DNA from: Sinanodonta woodiana
Taxonomy: Eukaryota
DNA: 64,000 nt
Assembly: GCA_046254885.1 (NCBI GenBank)
Contig: CM100994.1
Location: forward strand, 93,894,727 to 93,958,726
Direction: 5' to 3'
The translations under genes and the position numbers were made by a program. The notes beneath the pieces were generated by a model. The model saw only the letters and a list, made by a program, of their open reading frames with translations, was not told the origin of the DNA and did no database searches. Every line of letters begins with the position of its first letter. Position 1 is the first letter of the stretch. This document shows positions 1 through 12,407 of the stretch, one piece after another.

Positions 1-411
1 TTAGGAGAAAGGTCTTGTATTAACATTTGTATTAGGAGAAAGGTCTTAGTGTATTAGCATTTGTAATTAGCATTTGTATTAGGAGAAAGTACTTCGTATA
101 TTAACATTTGTATTAGGAAAGATGGTCTTAGTGTATTAACATTTGTATTAGGAGAAAGGTCTTAGTGTATAAGCATTTGTATTAGGTGAAAGGTCTTAGT
201 ATATTAACATTTGTATTAGGAAAGAGGGTCTTAGTGTATTAACATTTGTATTAGGAAAGAGAGACTGTGAGTGTATTAACATTTGTATTAGTAGTAAGGT
301 CTTCGTGCATTAACATTTCTATTAGGAGGAAGGTCTTATTGTATTAACATTTGTTTTAAGAGAAAGGTCTTAGTGTATTAACATTTGTTTTAGGAGAAAG
401 GTCTTAGTGTA
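1..411. repeat. Tandem satellite, ~38-39 bp unit (ttaggagaaaggtcttagtgtattaacatttgta), ~10 copies, runs off the window start. A remnant copy follows at 1018-1045.
   Basis: Direct reading: the unit recurs head-to-tail with small indels. The array is interrupted at 412 by an insertion and resumes at 1016. Confidence 0.9.
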
Positions 412-1019
412 TTAAAGGCATACAAGCTGTCAAATTTGGTAAATTTTATTTTGTAATTTGTTGCATTTATTTTTACCTCCCCTTTCATATTCCGAATGAC
501 AAAAATGTTTTTTCTTTGTAAAGAATTATAATAATTTAGTTTTTTTAACTTTAATATACCATCTGAATTTCTTCCATCCAGTAAGAAATTCAATCATCAA
601 ATCTATGATGTCCGATCGTTACCTTTCGTAAGCAAATTGTTGCGCACGCGTTATTCGAAAACTTAAGAAAGGAAGATGTCGGAACGAAAATCGAGTAGAG
701 GATGAAAAAGAACTTTAACCGATAGTGTCCGTAAAAGAAAGAAAAATGATTCCACGGCTAAATATAATCAAGCCAGTAAATGCTTTGGTGACGAACACCG
801 AATCGGAAGTCTTCGTAAACGGTTCCGATGAATAATTAATAAGCATCATAACACCAAGAAGACGAAGTTGTCAAGTGAAAAAAACGGTTTCTTATTAATT
901 GAACGAGTATGATGTGTTGTGGCATTCGCAAAACAACGAATTTATAAACAAATAGTTCATATCAAGCTAAATTTCCATTCTTTAAAATTTACCAAATTTG
1001 ACAGCTTGTGTGCCTTTAA
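412..1019. mobile_element. Non-autonomous DNA transposon (MITE-like, ~600 bp) with ~33-bp terminal inverted repeats, flanked by TTAA (or TA) target duplication, inserted into the 38-bp satellite
   Basis: Left end 416-448 is aggcatacaagctgtcaaatttggtaaatttta. The reverse complement of 983-1015 is aggcacacaagctgtcaaatttggtaaatttta, a 32/33 match. ttaa sits at 412-415 and 1016-1019. Removing the insert restores the satellite monomer gtattaacatttg. The interior (about 600-960) is CpG-containing and non-coding. Confidence 0.7.
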
Positions 1020-1896
1020 CATTTGTATTAGGAGAAAGGTCTTAGTGATCCATTTAAGGTAGATCACTTTAGACCACTCAGCCACTCATGACCTCTGAGA
1101 ATCCTGTTGTCTTGACAGATGGATTTAGGGATGGTTGTTTAATTGTCTTGTCAGTTGTGATTGGAGAAAAAGGTCTTATGGTATTGACAGTGGAAAGAGT
1201 CTCCTAACAGCATTGTATTGGTTCAATGACCATGTCATTGAGATGCACTTTTAGTTGGTTATGCCACCTTCTTATAATTTTAATGTAGTTTAATTGAGAG
1301 AATTGTTTTGTACATGATATATAAAGTTAAGTATTACACCATCCATGACAATCAAGATATTCCAGAATATATCCTGACTTCTGTCAGTATCAGCAGCATG
1401 TATTGAAATGTGTTTTCTGTTTTCCTGTACCGTTTAGGATTCCAATTCATTACATCCCAAACACTTTTTTTAGGCGGAATAAAGAAAAGTTAAAAGTATG
1501 AAAATCCTACAGACTTTAAATCTAGCAGCCCTGGTTGCATGTCAGGTGAACTCGCTTCATCTCATCAATTGAACATTGTTATAATCGTTATTGTTATGTA
1601 ACATAAACTACCTTAAACTAACTGACAATTTCATTACTGTGATCAAAGATAGCAAGGCAGCCAAGCAAAATTAATAATTCATGAAATAAGGAGTTTTAAT
1701 TTTACAAATACAAACCATTGGTCACAAGTGAGTTTCAGAGAATTTTTGAACTGGCACCTAGACATATCCTCAAGGATAATACGAAGTTTCATGAAGAAAT
1801 CATGACATCAATATTGTACTGACAAAAATTGAGCTTCAATGTAAATGATTGCATCTCCAAATAAATGTTGCATGTTTTTTTAAATTCATAATCTTG

Positions 1897-1988
1897 TTTG
1901 GTAATGTATCAACAGTTTAGTTCCCTGCTCCATGGACTGATTTGGTAGTGTATCAACAGTTTAGTTCCCTGCTCCATGGACTGATTTG
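1897..1988. repeat. Tandem duplication, 2 x 44 bp (tttggtaatgtatcaacagtttagttccctgctccatggactga)
   Basis: Two adjacent near-identical 44-bp copies. Confidence 0.85.
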
Positions 1989-2974
1989 GCAGGATACTAT
2001 TAAACACCACGCCAGGAACCAGATTCATCAAGAACACAAAAAGTTGTGATGTAATGTAATTATTTTTTGCATACATGTGATGGTTGTTGAAACCCATTGG
2101 AATGATCTTTCACATGTAGGACATTTTGAAAATAAACACTATTCAATCAGAATATCTCACAACCTATCTAGAAAAGCATGTTATTAAAAATTATTATTGA
2201 CATGATTACAAAATGAGGATTCAGTCATAGTTCCCTAATGCTGCCACCTGCCCTTTTGTTTTTCTCAAAGTCATTTCTCTTAAGGTATATTGTATGGTAT
2301 TGGTGTACTCTTTAATATATTGGGGTGCTTTTTAAGTGTGTAGAAACGTTGGAGTCATTAAATCTCACATGCGACCAATTCTTATTTTTATTCTGGAACC
2401 AACTCATATGGATAGCATATTAAATATCAGATTTAAAATAATGATATTTGCTAATTTGCTAAAATAATTACCAGAAGAAGCCTTTGTATGGGTAACTATT
2501 AGTACACAGTAGGAGAGTTCGGCCAAATTGTTTTCATTTTATTGCTGTACAGGTATTGCTGTCTACAAATGGAGAGATTTCAATTTGCCAGTCTTACCAC
2601 AGAAAATTAATAATTCAGCCAAAGGTTTACATTATGGCTTTTGGAAAATTTTCTTGGTTGTCAGTGCTCCATAATGCATGTGTTAAGTGGTGCGCTGTAA
2701 CTAGCTTTAATACATTTGATATTTATACTTACTGTCCTTAATGAAAGAAAACAAAAGATTTGTTCAATTATGATTTCATTATACATGTAATATGTAATAG
2801 TAAATTCAGTTTGTTTTCTTAATACATAACACACAAAAATATATGGTAGATGCAGTTTGTGTTTTAATACATAACACACAAATATACACCTATCTTTGGA
2901 TGAATGCAATGTCGGTACTTTAGTGAAATAGCTTGAGGATGATTATTAAATATGAGGTAATTAATAGCATCTGA

Positions 2975-3446
2975 GTTTGTTTAAAGACTTGAGCAATCTA
3001 TGTTTAAATACTTGAGCAATCTATGTTTAAAGACGAGCAATCTATGTTTAAAGACTTGAGCAATCTATGTTTAAAGACTTGAGCAATCTATGTTTAAAGA
3101 CTTGAGCAATCTATGTTTAAAGACTTGAGCAATCTATGTTTAAAGACTTGAGCAATCTATGTTTAAAGACTTGAGCAATCTGTTTTAAGACTTGAGCAAT
3201 CTATGTTTAAAGACTTGAGCAATCTATGTTTAAAGACTTGAGCAATCTATGTTTAAAGACTTGAGCAATCTATGTTTTAAGACTTGAGCAATCTATGTTT
3301 AAAGACTTGAGCAATCTATGTTTAAAGACTTGAGCAATCTATGTTTAAAGACTTGAGCAATCTATGATTAAAGACGAGCAATCTATGTTTAAATACTTGA
3401 GCAATCTATGTTTAAATACTTGAGCAATCTATGTTTTAAGACTTGA
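2975..3446. repeat. Minisatellite, 23-bp unit (gacttgagcaatctatgtttaaa), ~20 copies
   Basis: Direct reading. Period 23 (gcaatctatg recurs at 3051 and 3074), with occasional variants (tttaaatac, ttttaag). Confidence 0.9.
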
Positions 3447-3560
3447 AACATCTCGGACATTAGACACTGGTTTTCAGACATATTTTTCAGGTTTATTGCC
3501 ATCATGTTTGGAACTGTGGTTTAACCGGGAGAATTTATTGGTAAATCAAAATATCGACAT

Positions 3561-3600
3561 CGCTGCTGCTACTACTACTACTACTGCTACTACAACTACT
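3561..3600. repeat. Trinucleotide microsatellite (GCT/ACT)n
   Basis: gctgctgctactactactactactgctactacaactact. Confidence 0.85.
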
Positions 3601-4715
3601 GGCTTTATGTTTAGAGGCTGATACAATTAGCTTTGTCGAACTAATCTACCATGTTTTTATATATATTTGTTAAAGATAATTGTTCAAGGAAATATTTTTC
3701 CATCATTTCCTCCTGTCCTCTAGGTCTTTTCTTTCTCTACTTTCTTTAGTTTTTCTCTTTCTTTTCTTCTTTTTTATATTTTCCATTAGGTGTTTTGATA
3801 TCTAGTTTTTCCTTTCTGGTGGAGCTAGTTTCATTACTGGCATATTTTCATTTTAATATTTTGTTACTGGCTTTGTATCTCTTGGTTGTTGGAATATTTT
3901 ATTGTACTGCGCTGGTATATGATTCTCTTCTTGTCTATGGTGGTGTCACTTTTGTTAATGTTGTTGGTTATGTACTTATCTCCATCACTAACATGGTTTT
4001 TGTCATTGCTTATGCTCTCACTTGTTTTTGATAATGTTGTTGTTACTGTTTGTACTGGTATGTTATTTAACTTTCCATATACTTCTGTTGTTGTTGTAAT
4101 GTTGTAATACCATTGTTCTCTTCTTAATATTCCTTATTTGGGTTTTGGCTCTTTGATTATTACTTTTTCTCCTGCAGTTTCTATTTCTCCATGAGGTAAT
4201 ATGGGCTTTCTCACCTTTGGTCTCAAAATCTAACTCTTGAACCCTTTTTCTATTTAATGAATCTGTAAAATCTCTAATTTCCTTGTTACACAATTAATCC
4301 GAATTTGTGTCGTGGTTGGTTTACTTTCCAAGGGTATCATCTAAATATCTATTTCTTGAGTGCCTTTTATGTATTCACATTTGAAGAAACCTCCATTTTC
4401 AGTCTCGATTTGGCCTTGTGGTAAAGTGTTTCTTTGTTCGACATCATCTTTAACAAATCCTACATCAGTATCAACACAGATTGGTGGGGGTGTTGATTTT
4501 TCAGATCTACATTTTCTCTAGAGTGAAACCATATTTCCTAGCAAATCACAATGCAATGGTTTTAGATATTTTTAAACATTGTGTTAGTCATAATAAAATT
4601 AGGTCCATTACATTTGCATTTGATCACAATATGTTAAAAAATACAAGACCATGCTAAAATTAGGTTATTTATAACATTATTTGTACAGTAGAGTTATTCA
4701 ACTGCAATGTCACAG

Positions 4716-5397
4716 TAGGTTGAGGTCTTTATTGGTAATGTAGGTTGAGGTTTTTACTGGGAATGTAGGTCAAAGTCTTTACTGGTAATGTAGGTTGAGG
4801 TCTTTACTGGGAATGTAGGTCAAAGTCTTTACTGGTAATGTAGGTTGAGGTCTTTACTGGTAATGTAGGTTGAGGTCTTTACTGGTAATGTAAGTTGAGG
4901 TCTTTACTGGGAATGTAGGTCAAGGTCTTTACTGGGAATGTAGGTTGAGGTCTTTACTGGTAATGTAGCTTGAAGTCTTTACTGGTAATGTAGGTTGAGG
5001 TCTTTACTGGTAATGTAGGTTGAGGTCTTTCCTGGTAATGTAAGTTGAGGTCTTTACTGGGAATGTAGGTTGAGGTCTTTACTGGTAATGTAGGTTGAGG
5101 TCTTTACTGGTAATGTAGGTTGAGGTATTTACTGGTAATGTAGGTTGAGGTCTTTACTGGTAATGTAGGTTGAGGTCTTTACTGGTAATGTAGGTTGAGG
5201 TCTTTACTGGTAATGTAGCTTGAGGTCTTTACTGGGAATGTAGGTTTAGGTATTTACTGGTAATGTAGGTTGAGGTCTTTACTGGTAATGTAGGTTGAGG
5301 TCTTTACTGGTAATGTAGGCTGAGGTCTTTACTGGTAATGTAGGTTGAAGTCTTTACTGGTAATGTAGGTTGAGGTCTTTACTGGTAATGTAGGTGG
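4716..5397. repeat. Minisatellite, 25-bp unit (taggttgaggtctttactggtaatg), ~27 copies
   Basis: Direct reading. Period 25 (taggt recurs at 4741 and 4766). Variants include gaatg/taatg and caaag/tgagg. Confidence 0.9.
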
Positions 5398-6443
5398 GGT
5401 TACAAATTACTACTAAGCATAATGTTTCTTATCATAATATAGTGAGAAATTAACAGTGAAATGAATTTTTGTAACGTATATGCAGTTATGGATATGGTCC
5501 ACTCTAGCCAAATTATAAGAACTATCTCTCAGATTCTGGGATCTAACAAGCATGTTATGATACCATTTTCCAACAAAAATATGTGTATTGAGAACAGTTA
5601 CCAAGGACGAATGTGGCTGCCACCTGTATGGTCATAGTTCATTTGGAATTCATTTGTGCACATAATTTAAGTTAAAGGATTTGAATTTTACTATCTTGAT
5701 TGAATTCCATTTTCCGGTGGGGGCAATATTGATGCAGATGAGTCTGTTTGTTTGTTTGTTTGTTCAGTAAATGCAATTAAATGACGAAATGCAAAAATGA
5801 TCTTTCATTTTATTAGCTCTACTGTTATCAAGTTATCCCCCTTAGATGACATTGTGAAAAGCTAAATGATCTTCAAAAAGATAATGAAAGGAAGCAAAAC
5901 CATCAAGTTTAGTAAAACTTAACAAATAATTCTGAACATTATAAATAAAAATTCAGGAGGAACTTACATGATAATGCATTAAATTTAACATTCTATCATA
6001 CAAGCCCAAAAGAATTGAGTTTTTTTTTTAAATGAGCTCCAGATCCTGATTGTGCTGATGTATCAATATATTTCATTGAGCTGAAATACTAACAGTGTCA
6101 ATGTATCAAAAGGACATTGTCCAAAACTGTTTTAAATGAATCACTTTTATCACAAAATGTTGATTTAGTCCAGGCCATCATAATAGCACTTTGCAATTCT
6201 AATTAATAATTTAAATAAATGATTCCTCTCAGGTAAAATCTTAACACAATATTCTATACATCTGCAGACTGATATTAAAACAAGAACAATACTTGGAAAT
6301 AGGAAGTAGGAATTAGAATAATTGTACCACTGTGTTCTTATAGACCTCCCCATAAGTTGACTATGACTCTAAGGTGACTTGTGTCACAATACAACTCACC
6401 TGATTTAATCATCTTAAGGGAAATAACCCCAGACATGTTCATT

Positions 6444-6539
6444 ATGCAGAACACATGATGATACATGTCTGTGGTGGAGTCAGGATAATGTGACTGGGTG
6501 GGACATGATGATACATGTCTGTGGTAGAGTCAGGATAAC
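6444..6539. repeat. Local direct duplication (~55-bp period) of catgatgatacatgtctgtggtRgagtcaggataa. A related fragment sits at about 58055-58090.
   Basis: Two copies seen in sequence. There is partial similarity to gtgactgggtaggacatgatgctacatgt at 58060. Confidence 0.6.
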
Positions 6540-7914
6540 AACAACCCCAGATAGACAACCTATTTACAGGTCACTGCAATCTACAATTATGAACCAGGGT
6601 GAATAACATGATATTAATATACATAATATAAAAAATTAAACTTAGACCATTCTGGAGAAACACTTATTCCGGAATCTTCTTTATTAATAGTGGAAATGAA
6701 AATTGCAAGAAACCAAAATTCAAAAGCATAAAATTGCAAGAGAGAAACTTTATGGTACAAATAGCAGCATGATGCCCCAGTGCTAGACATCACTACAAAC
6801 TGCCTCACTGCAGATATCACAGCAATATGACTGCAAAACTATTAAAGCTATGTTAAAAATCTTTATCAGAAAAACAAAGTCAAACCTATCATTTTTAATT
6901 TAAGGATAAAAAGTTGTTTACTTCCTAATTAGTCCCATCTTGACCTTGACATCAACCAATCATTTTTGAGAAAAAAAACTTGTTTGTGTGGTTTCCACTA
7001 ACCTTGAATAAAGGTCAGGATCTATATTCGTGAACAAAGAATAAATCGGTAAACTGATTTTCTGAACAAACATCATCTCTAGTGAATAAATTTACATTAC
7101 AATAACATGCAAAGAAAACTAGAAAACAATTTAATACTTACAAACAATATTAAATGAAAACAAATATATATCAAATCAGATATATGTAACAATGTTGATT
7201 AGAATCAAGATAGAACCATGTGTTGTATTACACATACCTCTGCTGCTGATGATTGCTTATTTAAGATAGCTGAATGACAAAGCTTTTCTGCATTGTTACA
7301 AAATAGATAAAAATAGAACTATAAGTACTATTGAATTGGTCTAATCCATGGCCTGAGAACTTAAGATTAATTGGCCCTCTAATTGTGCATGATATAGAGA
7401 GTGAACAGGAAGCTGTTCAAATTATCCTTATTAAAACCAGGTAACACTGTGCATGATAACAAAACACAGATTACATTAACATTAATATTAAAGTTATTCT
7501 TGTGCATACATTTATATGAGAGTGATGATGCCACAAGTTTCCCCACATTATCTGATGAAAACTTCAGAATATGCAGAAGATGTAACTTTCCAAAATGCCA
7601 TAGACCTTAAAAAAAATGTCATTATTGACACCACTACTATTACTAGATCTGCAACAATTTGATCAATATGTTACCTATTAAAGTCATTGTATCATCATTA
7701 ATATCATACCTTATTAACACTTATGAGCAAGTACAATGATAATTTTTTGGTCAAGTTGTTGATAAATCCAAAAGTGTTTACAATGCTTAATGTGGATCAG
7801 TGTACATTTCTTATATGACTGAGGTTGATATCTTATGTACTTGTAGCTTATTTATTTTGTATGAGTCACTGAATCTGACCTTCTCTTTACTGAAAGTGAA
7901 TTTGATTTCTTTAT

Positions 7915-8100
7915 GCAACTACCATCTATACACACTATTAGGCAAGTCCAACTGCAAACTGCTGTGACCCAGATCTGCCCTCACTTAATGTGCAATCACA
8001 TTGGGGTCTGTACATTTTGTTTTAGGAGTAATTAGTAAAATGAACAAATTAGGCCTTGAGTTTGCAGTTTAAAATGACTTATAAGTGAGTATATTCATAT
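7915..8100. mobile_element. MITE family A copy (palindromic element, consensus termini tatactcgcttataagacaagtccaactgcaaactgcacag / reverse complement)
   Basis: It shares termini and an internal palindromic core (cccagatctg...cagatc) with the copies at 20163, 39020, 43885, 50938 and 58250. The right end here is gagtttgcagttt...gacttataagtgagtata. Confidence 0.6.
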
Positions 8101-8211
8101 AAAAATCTGATATAAATTATTTAAATAGACATAATTATAAATTACTTCTTTTATCTGTCTTCAAGCAATTTTTAATAAAAATAAGCGATTAAAATTCAAT
8201 TTTATCCATCG

Positions 8212-10058
8212 TTAATGCGAACTATGCAGCTGAGAACATGTTTTAACAAATTTTTCAAAATCTGGACTGATTTTACTGGTCGCAATTCTCATTTTTGATG
8301 TCAAATTTGCATCAGTCAACTGAGATCGACATTTGGATTTGTTGAGGTTCATCGTTGAAAATGTTTGTTCACATATGTATGTGGATGCAAATAAGGTAAA
8401 CATCTTTCTTGCGAAAGTTTGCAAATTTAAGAATTTATTCTTCCGCAGTGATGACAATAATTGCATCAGTTCTAATCCTTTGAACTGCTCTTTAAGAACA
8501 ATGTCATTTTTGTAGGTTTATTAACTCAAGCTGAAGTTCTGAAGGAACACTATCAATGTCAATTGTGAATGGCACAGTCAATAGAGCAAACTCTTTCTCC
8601 AGTAATTTGAAATCAGCAAATCATCGTACAAACTCCTCGTTCAAATGTGAAAGCTGTTGACTATACTTTTCTGCCAACTGTGTTGCGATGGTTTGCAACT
8701 GGAGCATTGGGAAGTGAGCATAGTTGTGTTCTTTCAACTGTCTTGAAAATAACATTAGCTTCACCGGAAATGATTTCACTTCTGCATACAGCTCATGTGC
8801 AAACACACCTTTGCCTTGCAGTTTCAAATTGAGCTCATTCAGTTTTGCAATTATATCAACTGCAAAGGCAAAGTCGGACTACCATTCTCTGTTTTTCATT
8901 TGAGTTGAGAACTCCATTCTAGTGTTTTTCATTTCAATGAACATAACTATTTCTTCTCTTAAATTCCATACTCTCTGTAATACCTTTCCCAAGCTCAACC
9001 AATGAACTTCTGTATGATACAAGACATCTGAATATTCTGATGCCAAATCCGAAAGCAACAATTTGAATTGCCTGTGATTTAGTCCTCTAGCTTTGATGAA
9101 ATTGACAACACAGACAACTGGGTCAACACCATGTTTCAGGTTCAACACAGATTTACACCAACTTTCTTGATGAATGATGCAATGCAGAGACAACATAGAA
9201 TGGGAAGAATTCATAGCTAAAACTTTGTCTCATTTTCCTCAGCAAACCAGAATTTTTCCCAGTTAAACTGGGGGCCTCATCTGTTGTTACATTCACAAGC
9301 TTATCCCATGGCAATCCAAATCTTTCCATGCAAATAGTGACAATTTCAAACAAATCATCTCCTGTTGTGGTGTCCTTCAAGTGTTCTACTGACAACTTCT
9401 CTTCAATTATGACAAATTGGTCATCAATTCCTCTGATAAAAATGAGCAATTGAGCAGTAGATTCACTTATATCTGTGCTCTCATCCAGTGCCAATGAATA
9501 TCACAGTAATGATTTGATTCTAATACCAAGCTGGTCTGTAAGATCTTCAGATATACACTCAATGCGGCGAACTACCATTCTTCTTGACAGTGATATACTT
9601 TCAAACCTTTTTTTGCTCTCTAGGCACAAAATATCGGACACGGCAATCATGCAGTCATTAAGAAACTCGCCTTCTGAAAATGTTTTGGAATGCTTAACAA
9701 TCTTATGATACATCACAAAACTGGCCATTGTTGCAGCTTCTTGTGCAGCTGACTGCTTCACAAAAAATCTTTGTTCATGCTTTAATTTCTGAACTAATTT
9801 TTCAGCTTTTCCATGTAATTTGCTTTCATTTATGTTACGACAAAAATAGCTGTGTTTGCTTTGAAAGTGCCGTTTTAGATTAAACTCCTTAAAAACGGCC
9901 ACCGTGTTTTGGCATATTAAGCACACTGCTCTGTCATCAAAATTTGTGAAGAAATATTTCCTTGTCCAATTGTCATTAAACACTTGACATTCGTGATCAA
10001 CTGTCCTCTTTTTCACAGAACTCATTTTGAAGGCAAACATGGACGCGTTAGGTCTCAC
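8212..10058 (-). pseudogene. hAT-superfamily transposase (Buster/ZBED5/FAM200-like) with 2 in-frame stops and 2 frameshifts; a decayed transposon gene
   Basis: ORFs 9501-10058, 9153-9494, 8879-9214, 8621-8827 and 8212-8466 run collinear on the minus strand. The N-terminal part carries a C2H2/BED-like motif (CLICQNTVAVFKEFNLKRHFQSKHS). The middle part carries ALDESTDISESTAQLLIFIRG...LPWDKLVNVTTDEAPSLTGK (hAT DDE/RNase-H-like region) and HCIIHQESWCKSVL...LNHRQFKLLL...LYHTEVHWLSLGKVLQRVWNLREEI. The C-terminal part carries the hAT dimerisation motif ASTYICEQTFSTMNLNKSKCRSQLTD. These are family-level matches from memory of ZBED5/FAM200/GTF2IRD2-type proteins. There are in-frame stops at 9498-9500 and 8876-8878, and frame changes at about 9153-9214 and between 8466 and 8621. 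Confidence 0.8.
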
Positions 10059-10904
10059 TGGACAGTTGTTTTGGCAAATATTTGTCCGATGATGACCTAT
10101 TGCAGAAAAATGATCATAATATTACATTAAAGATACAAATATTAACTAACTACAGTTTTTTGTTGAAAGGATGCTTGTAAGATTCTGACTGAGGTATTAA
10201 GGCTAATTCCTTATGCAACTAGTTGATTTTATACTGAACCAAGTCTACCACCAACCTCTCTTTTTTCATCATTTTTTTGACCGGAAAGAGCTATTTTTAC
10301 TGTTTTCTAGTGACAAGGTAGCGAACGGAATCAGTATGTGCCTCATGCATAAATAAAGTTCACTAGTAGTGTAACAAATTAACATACTTTAAATTACCCC
10401 TTGACCATTTAGATTTTTAGATACTTACCTCTGTAGCAGACATATGTAAATACGCAAGCCAAGTTGGCTGATCATTTGCAGCCGCAGTTACACATTTGAT
10501 TTCCTATGCTAGTCTAATGGTGACAGACAGTCACCAACAAACCAACCAGTTTCCAAGCCTAACTCAAGGTAAATGTAAACCAAATTACAGATATAGCTTG
10601 TGTATGAATTTATAAGTGCCAGCATGGTGATACTTAGGCTCATGCCTTCAACCTTGAAAATTAGGGGGAGGGTCAAAATACGAAACTATCCAGTGAGACC
10701 TTACATTTGCATGCTACCAGAAGCGGAAGTAAGCAGCAAAGATATTAAACTGAAATACATAAATAAGTACATAAATTATTTTTTATATAACAAAGATATT
10801 ATATAAGTATAAGTAAGTCAATCGGCACACTTAGTAATACATTTTTATCTGAAAAATGTTTGGCTTTCTAGGACGTTTTGTGGGGCCGGATAAAACGCAT
10901 GTGC

Positions 10905-10953
10905 AGGCCGGATTTGGCCCATGGGCCATAGTTTGCTCACCTCTGGTCTAGTT
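10905..10953 (-). other. Candidate hAT terminal inverted repeat (minus-strand reading CAGAGGTGAGCAAACTATGGCCCATGGGCC) about 890 bp upstream of the transposase start
   Basis: Fits the CAGnGGTnnnCAAACT pattern of hAT-Charlie/Buster-like TIRs. No partner TIR was found downstream (7.6-8.2 kb), possibly because of the MITE insertion or truncation. Confidence 0.3.
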
Positions 10954-12269
10954 AATTAATATAAATCATGATATTTTTGATATCAAAATGTATACTGTAA
11001 ATTTAGCAGTTTAGCAAGATAATTTAGTGAGTAACACACTAAATTTTCAAATGTTTCATAATAGTAAACAATATTGTGATTGCCTGGTCAGTATTATAGT
11101 ATTCAAAGGTGATAATTATTATAAAAGGCCCAGATCAAATTTGGTGTGCAAGGTCCCATTCTGCTTGCAGCTTAATTTTGTGTACATAACTTCCAATAAT
11201 TCTCCTCCGTTGATGGGATGTAACCAGTTCAACTTACTGATTGACTGACTTTCTAACATGTTATTATCGGTGAGTTAATGCCTGGAATTTCAATTTACCT
11301 GTCATAATCAGGATGTTATTCTTCAGGATGAAATTTTAATTGGTTCCAGGTAAATAATTGAAAGGGAAATTCCTATTAACTGAGGGCATATATGTCATCT
11401 TGCTATATTTCATAATGATATCTGTGAATTAGCAAATATCAATCATGCTGCGTACTGGAATTATCAAAGCATGTGTGATAATTAAAAAGTAAAATTTTAT
11501 TTTGAGTATTTAAAATATAAGGCAGAGTTCAATATGTTAAGCATTTAATATTATTTTACCTATATATTTTACCCCCTGTCATTTTGGAGCCGTACATAAT
11601 AGGCCAATGTGCTCTGCTGCATGTGTTAACAGACAGCTAATAGAAGCTACCTTTTTGCCCTAGAAGTTTTGTGTCTCATGACAGCATTCTGGATGAAAAG
11701 GTTTACTTCATTCAAAATGTAGTTTTTAAAAAAAAAATTACAAATATATTTTGTATTTGTTGAATTTTACTGAGTTTTATCTTTATCTTTTACTTTGTTT
11801 ACCTTTTGGAAGACCCCTAACCTTACTTAGTCCTCTATTACCTGGATGGTGCTGATGTACCAGCCTTTAATTTACACAAATTTATATTTATAGTTATTTG
11901 TAGCTGTGCATCTTTCTAAAGTGAGTGGTCTGCAGTGGGTAATAAAACTCAAGAGAAATGTGTTTTGAATCGAGTCAAATATTCATTTTACCATTACCTC
12001 GGTAAAGAAACATGAAGAGTGAAGTACTGCATTATACGATGTAACTTTAATATTAATTTAATTTTTGCCTAATTTTACATACTTTGAAATCAGATGAATG
12101 TATAAGACTTTTCATAAAATCTTCATTCCCACTTTAGAGACACAATATTTATCTTTTTCTAGTAACTATATAGGTATGTTAGACTGTATGTAGTCTGTCA
12201 GTGAAACTTAGCACAGAGAACAAATTTTATGTTTGAGTAATAACTATGATATATTAGTTTCATAAATTT

Positions 12270-12353
12270 AAAAATTTTACATGTAACTTATATCTTTTAA
12301 TTTCTGTTGTTATTTATTATACCACAACATTTTTGCTGTAACACTTGTATTAA

Positions 12354-12357
<4 letters not shown>
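12270..12357. repeat. Left copy of a ~88-bp direct repeat (target-site duplication) flanking the LINE insertion. The right copy is at 14420-14515.
   Basis: ttttacatgtaacttatatcttttaatttctgttgttatttattataccacaacatttttgctgtaacacttgtattaacc occurs at both junctions, immediately outside the poly(T) run (left) and the 5' truncation point (right). Confidence 0.8.

Positions 12358-12407
<50 letters not shown>

Noticed and set aside
3795-4293. Overlapping 73-78-aa ORFs in a T-rich stretch.
   Set aside because: Low-complexity pyrimidine-rich DNA (ttgttgttg, ttttctttc) gives hydrophobic pseudo-peptides on several frames at once. No coding signal.
10059-10950. Possible host gene 5' region or promoter upstream of the transposase ORF.
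   Set aside because: No ORF or splice-consistent exon structure. More simply explained as the 5' noncoding region of the hAT element, bounded by the candidate TIR.
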